Source of the DNA: Lingula anatina
Taxonomy: Eukaryota; Animalia; Brachiopoda
Direction of reading: 5' to 3'
Assembly (NCBI GenBank): GCA_051362555.1
Contig: CM120641.1
Coordinates: forward strand, 42,786,401 to 42,850,400
DNA: 64,000 nucleotides
Shown: piece by piece, positions 61,201 through 64,000 of the stretch
Numbering within the stretch: the stretch's first letter is position 1
Layout of the letters: every line of letters starts with the position of its first letter
Made by a program: the position numbers and the translations under genes
The notes under the pieces: model-generated
Databases searched by the model: none
Told to the model about the DNA's origin: nothing
What the model saw: only the letters and a program-made list of their open reading frames with translations

Positions 61201-63524
61201 AGACAGAATTTTTAGACACTAGTCTGTAAAAGATAACAATATATATCTCCTAGGGTGAAAATGAGGTTGCATCAAAATAACAAACTTGTAAACAGAAGTT
61301 CAACCAATATAAGTGTTTCATAGAAAAAAGTATATAAAAAGGCTTTAGCAGTATCACTTTATAGCTTGGTTTTAAGTTATTATTTCCATTGTGCTGACTT
61401 GGCACCATCTTAGAAAACAAATGGAGCAAAGCCTTTCAGTGTGCTTTGTGTACTGAAAGGTTAAAACAACAGCTGTAGCAAGTCTGACTGAATCATGCTT
61501 AGCAAGAACACATGTGCACTAGACCTGGCCATTCATATAAACTGTATCTTGGCAGTTGCTTTTTATCCTGAGATCCGATCCAACATAACATGTTATGATG
61601 GATCCTAGTTTTTATCTAAATTACATCTTGTAAAAACCATGTTATCTCATTCTCATGTTGGATTTGGAGATTAACACATGAAATTTGAGGAGGTCATGGA
61701 TGAAATATTGGGTACTTCATGATATTTATGGTGTTGTAGACTCCTGGGTGCTATCTTGGGGCAGTTATTGCCTTAGATCCAGGTCATTTTATTGCCTTAA
61801 AAAAACAAAATTAAATCAAAGAGAGAGGTGCGCTGTCCTAAATGTTCCTTTCAACATTGCTTTTATGCCAAAAAGAAGAACAAACTTATCAATTCTATAG
61901 TCTGCATTGTGTGTCAAAATAAAGGATGTGGTGTCAATTCTTTTTCCATTTTGACCAAAAAATTGAATGTTTGCCAGTACCTTTGCTGGACCCTTTATGC
62001 CATTTCTGTGTGCAATATTATTCAGGTACTAATATATATACTTGCTTTTTCAGTCTTGCCTACACCGAAGACATCAACAGATGGTAAGTCAAATTAAGAG
62101 AAAGTGAAAAAGATATTTTGAGTACTGTTAATATGTTTGGATATTTTAAATGAAAATTGTGTTAAATTATGCACTAAATTAATTTGCTGAAATTTTATGA
62201 TATATGCTATTTCTGTTTAACAATTCTGCTGACTGAAAATATTTCTTAGGAATGAAAATGCTTTATGGGCTGATTTGCTTTCCCTGAAAAAAATTCCTTT
62301 AAAATCTTCAGATATTTAAAAAAATTATTTCACAAAAAATTAAGCTTTTCAGAGAAAAGATTGCTCATTAATTATTATTATATTTTTTGTTGGGGGGGGG
62401 GGGAGAGTTTGATGAAAAAATATTTTGGAGTCAAATAGATGGATAGAGTCAATTTGTGCATCTGTTCAGTTGAAAGACATGCCATAAATTTCTTGCTTTC
62501 AAGCCACCTTTTTTCTAGGTCTTTTGATTGACTTCCGAGTTTTGCCAAATATATCACTAAGAGGTATGAACTTTAAATGAAGAAAGCTTTGGCATGGCAT
62601 GTATTCCCAATGTGATATACAAGCAGAAGATGTATAAGAAGCCTGCATATCAGTTTACTGTAGACATTACACTGATTATATTATTATTTTGCATCTTGTT
62701 ATAACAATATTTTATTATATTTATTTGTTAACGTATTATTTTTTCAGAAACATATATTTACCCCACTGACTTTGGTGCATAGCCTGATAATAACAGCATG
62801 ACATATATGTTCATGTTTTAGTTGATACTGACATTTGTGCATGTAATTTGGAATATAAGGAAGTCCAATATCATTTTAAAAAAAGATTGAACAGGGTTGT
62901 TTTTTTTCACATGTGATGTTTTTTTTTATTTGAATTTAGATGAACTGCTTCACCATAGCCCATAGTTGAAAGGTTATTGAAAAATGTCATTTGAGGCATT
63001 TCTTTTAAATGAAGTGATACAAACATGATTATTTTGAAAACCAGCTTCAGTGAAAAATATTTTCAAAAGGAAATTTGCTCTTGTAACTGCTGGTTCGCAA
63101 TATGTTATGGAACACGTTTAATGAACATTGAATTATCCATTCAGTACACAGGTACAGTGTAATGATATAACCCATGGTCATCGCTTCTGCCATCCTGTCT
63201 AAATCATTAATAAAATTGGGTCAATAAGTGATAATGACTGAGACCAAACAATACATATAGATATAGCAAAAGATTGTACATTGTTCTCTGTATTTAAGTA
63301 TTTTTGGACACAATGTGGTCCACAATGCTCATTACTCTGATAAGCACACTTAGGGACCATTCCCAATGAAACTACTGTTCTATGTTGATCAATCCAACAA
63401 CATGGACTCTCCCTGAATGCAGTCAGTTAAACAGATTAACACACTCCCTCTTGTTTCCAATGTACTTATGTAATCACCAGCTTTTCTGTATTCTACTCAG
63501 AGCCAAATGGAGCCATGTTTATCA
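56328..63524 (+). CDS. Putative unknown secreted protein gene, incomplete model with phase-1 micro-exons
   Basis: 56328-56375 (MTFLIHKAVYFIWLCQ) joins 57380-57551 (Cys-containing, open, G|GTAAGT). Candidate later exons: 60038-60121, 62054-62083, 62519-62563, 62748-62774, 63501-63524. No family recognised. Confidence 0.4.
56457..57024. mobile_element. Harbinger-like MITE with a nested hAT-like MITE
   Basis: TIR ATTCACATTAGAACGTTAACCGCGGTC ... GACCGCGGTTAAAAGTGCTAGTGTGAAT; nested CAGGGCTTGA...TCAAGCCCTG at 56584-56760. Confidence 0.75.
58144..58204. repeat. (AT)n microsatellite
   Basis: Direct reading. Confidence 0.95.
59787..60876. repeat. Tandem duplication, ~550 bp x 2
   Basis: 59787-60326 closely matches 60335-60876. 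Confidence 0.92.
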
Positions 63525-64000
63525 GTAAATCTGACTGCATTCAGCGAGAGTCCCTGCAGAGAGATCGATTTATGTAGAAGGATAGTTTCATTGGGAATGA
63601 GCCTGGAATGTTTGGATATATACTTTCTTCTCTTTTTATTTCCCAAGGAAGACCTATTTCACTGGATTGAATTCACTTTTGATATATATATTTAAGTCAA
63701 GTAAATTTTATTTTTCATTGGTTTGATTTATGTGTAAACAACAAAACATTAGCTTCATCTACCTTTGACCCAGTTTTCTATAAAACCAACAAGAAGCAAA
63801 GAAAAACAATGATTAAACATTATAGTGTTCAAAAACTCTTGATCATAGCAGTGCCTTGACTCAGGCTAGCATATTTTAGGCCTTATAAATGGATTAGGTA
63901 TTTTTTAACTTGAGCCTCATGTTTGTGAGCACAAATGCCTAAATTTATGACTCCAACCCTGAAATAAGTACTGCAACGTAAAATTACCTGCCACGTTAAG

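Overview
AT-rich, intron-rich invertebrate (probably lophotrochozoan-type) genomic DNA. Genes in order: 3' part of an FBF1-like coiled-coil gene (+); a signal peptide/IgGFc-binding/ZP/TM membrane protein (+); carboxypeptidase Q (-, 13-14 exons); three intact UBE2D/Ubc4-5 paralogues (+,-,+); and a weakly supported secreted-protein gene with phase-1 micro-exons at the right end. The 11.8-kb CPQ intron holds a four-level nest: an originally intronless UDP-glycosyltransferase gene, interrupted by a non-autonomous Helentron/DINE-1-like element (subTIRs, hairpins, 146-bp tandem array), which carries a young, intact Penelope retroelement (870-aa RT/GIY-YIG, TSD, 1.3-kb inversion, three minimal hammerhead ribozymes). 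Main finding: the Helentron ends supply GT and AG so that splicing would restore the UGT frame with one extra Tyr, a candidate transposon-made intron. All calls are by eye and by recalled motifs; no searches were run.
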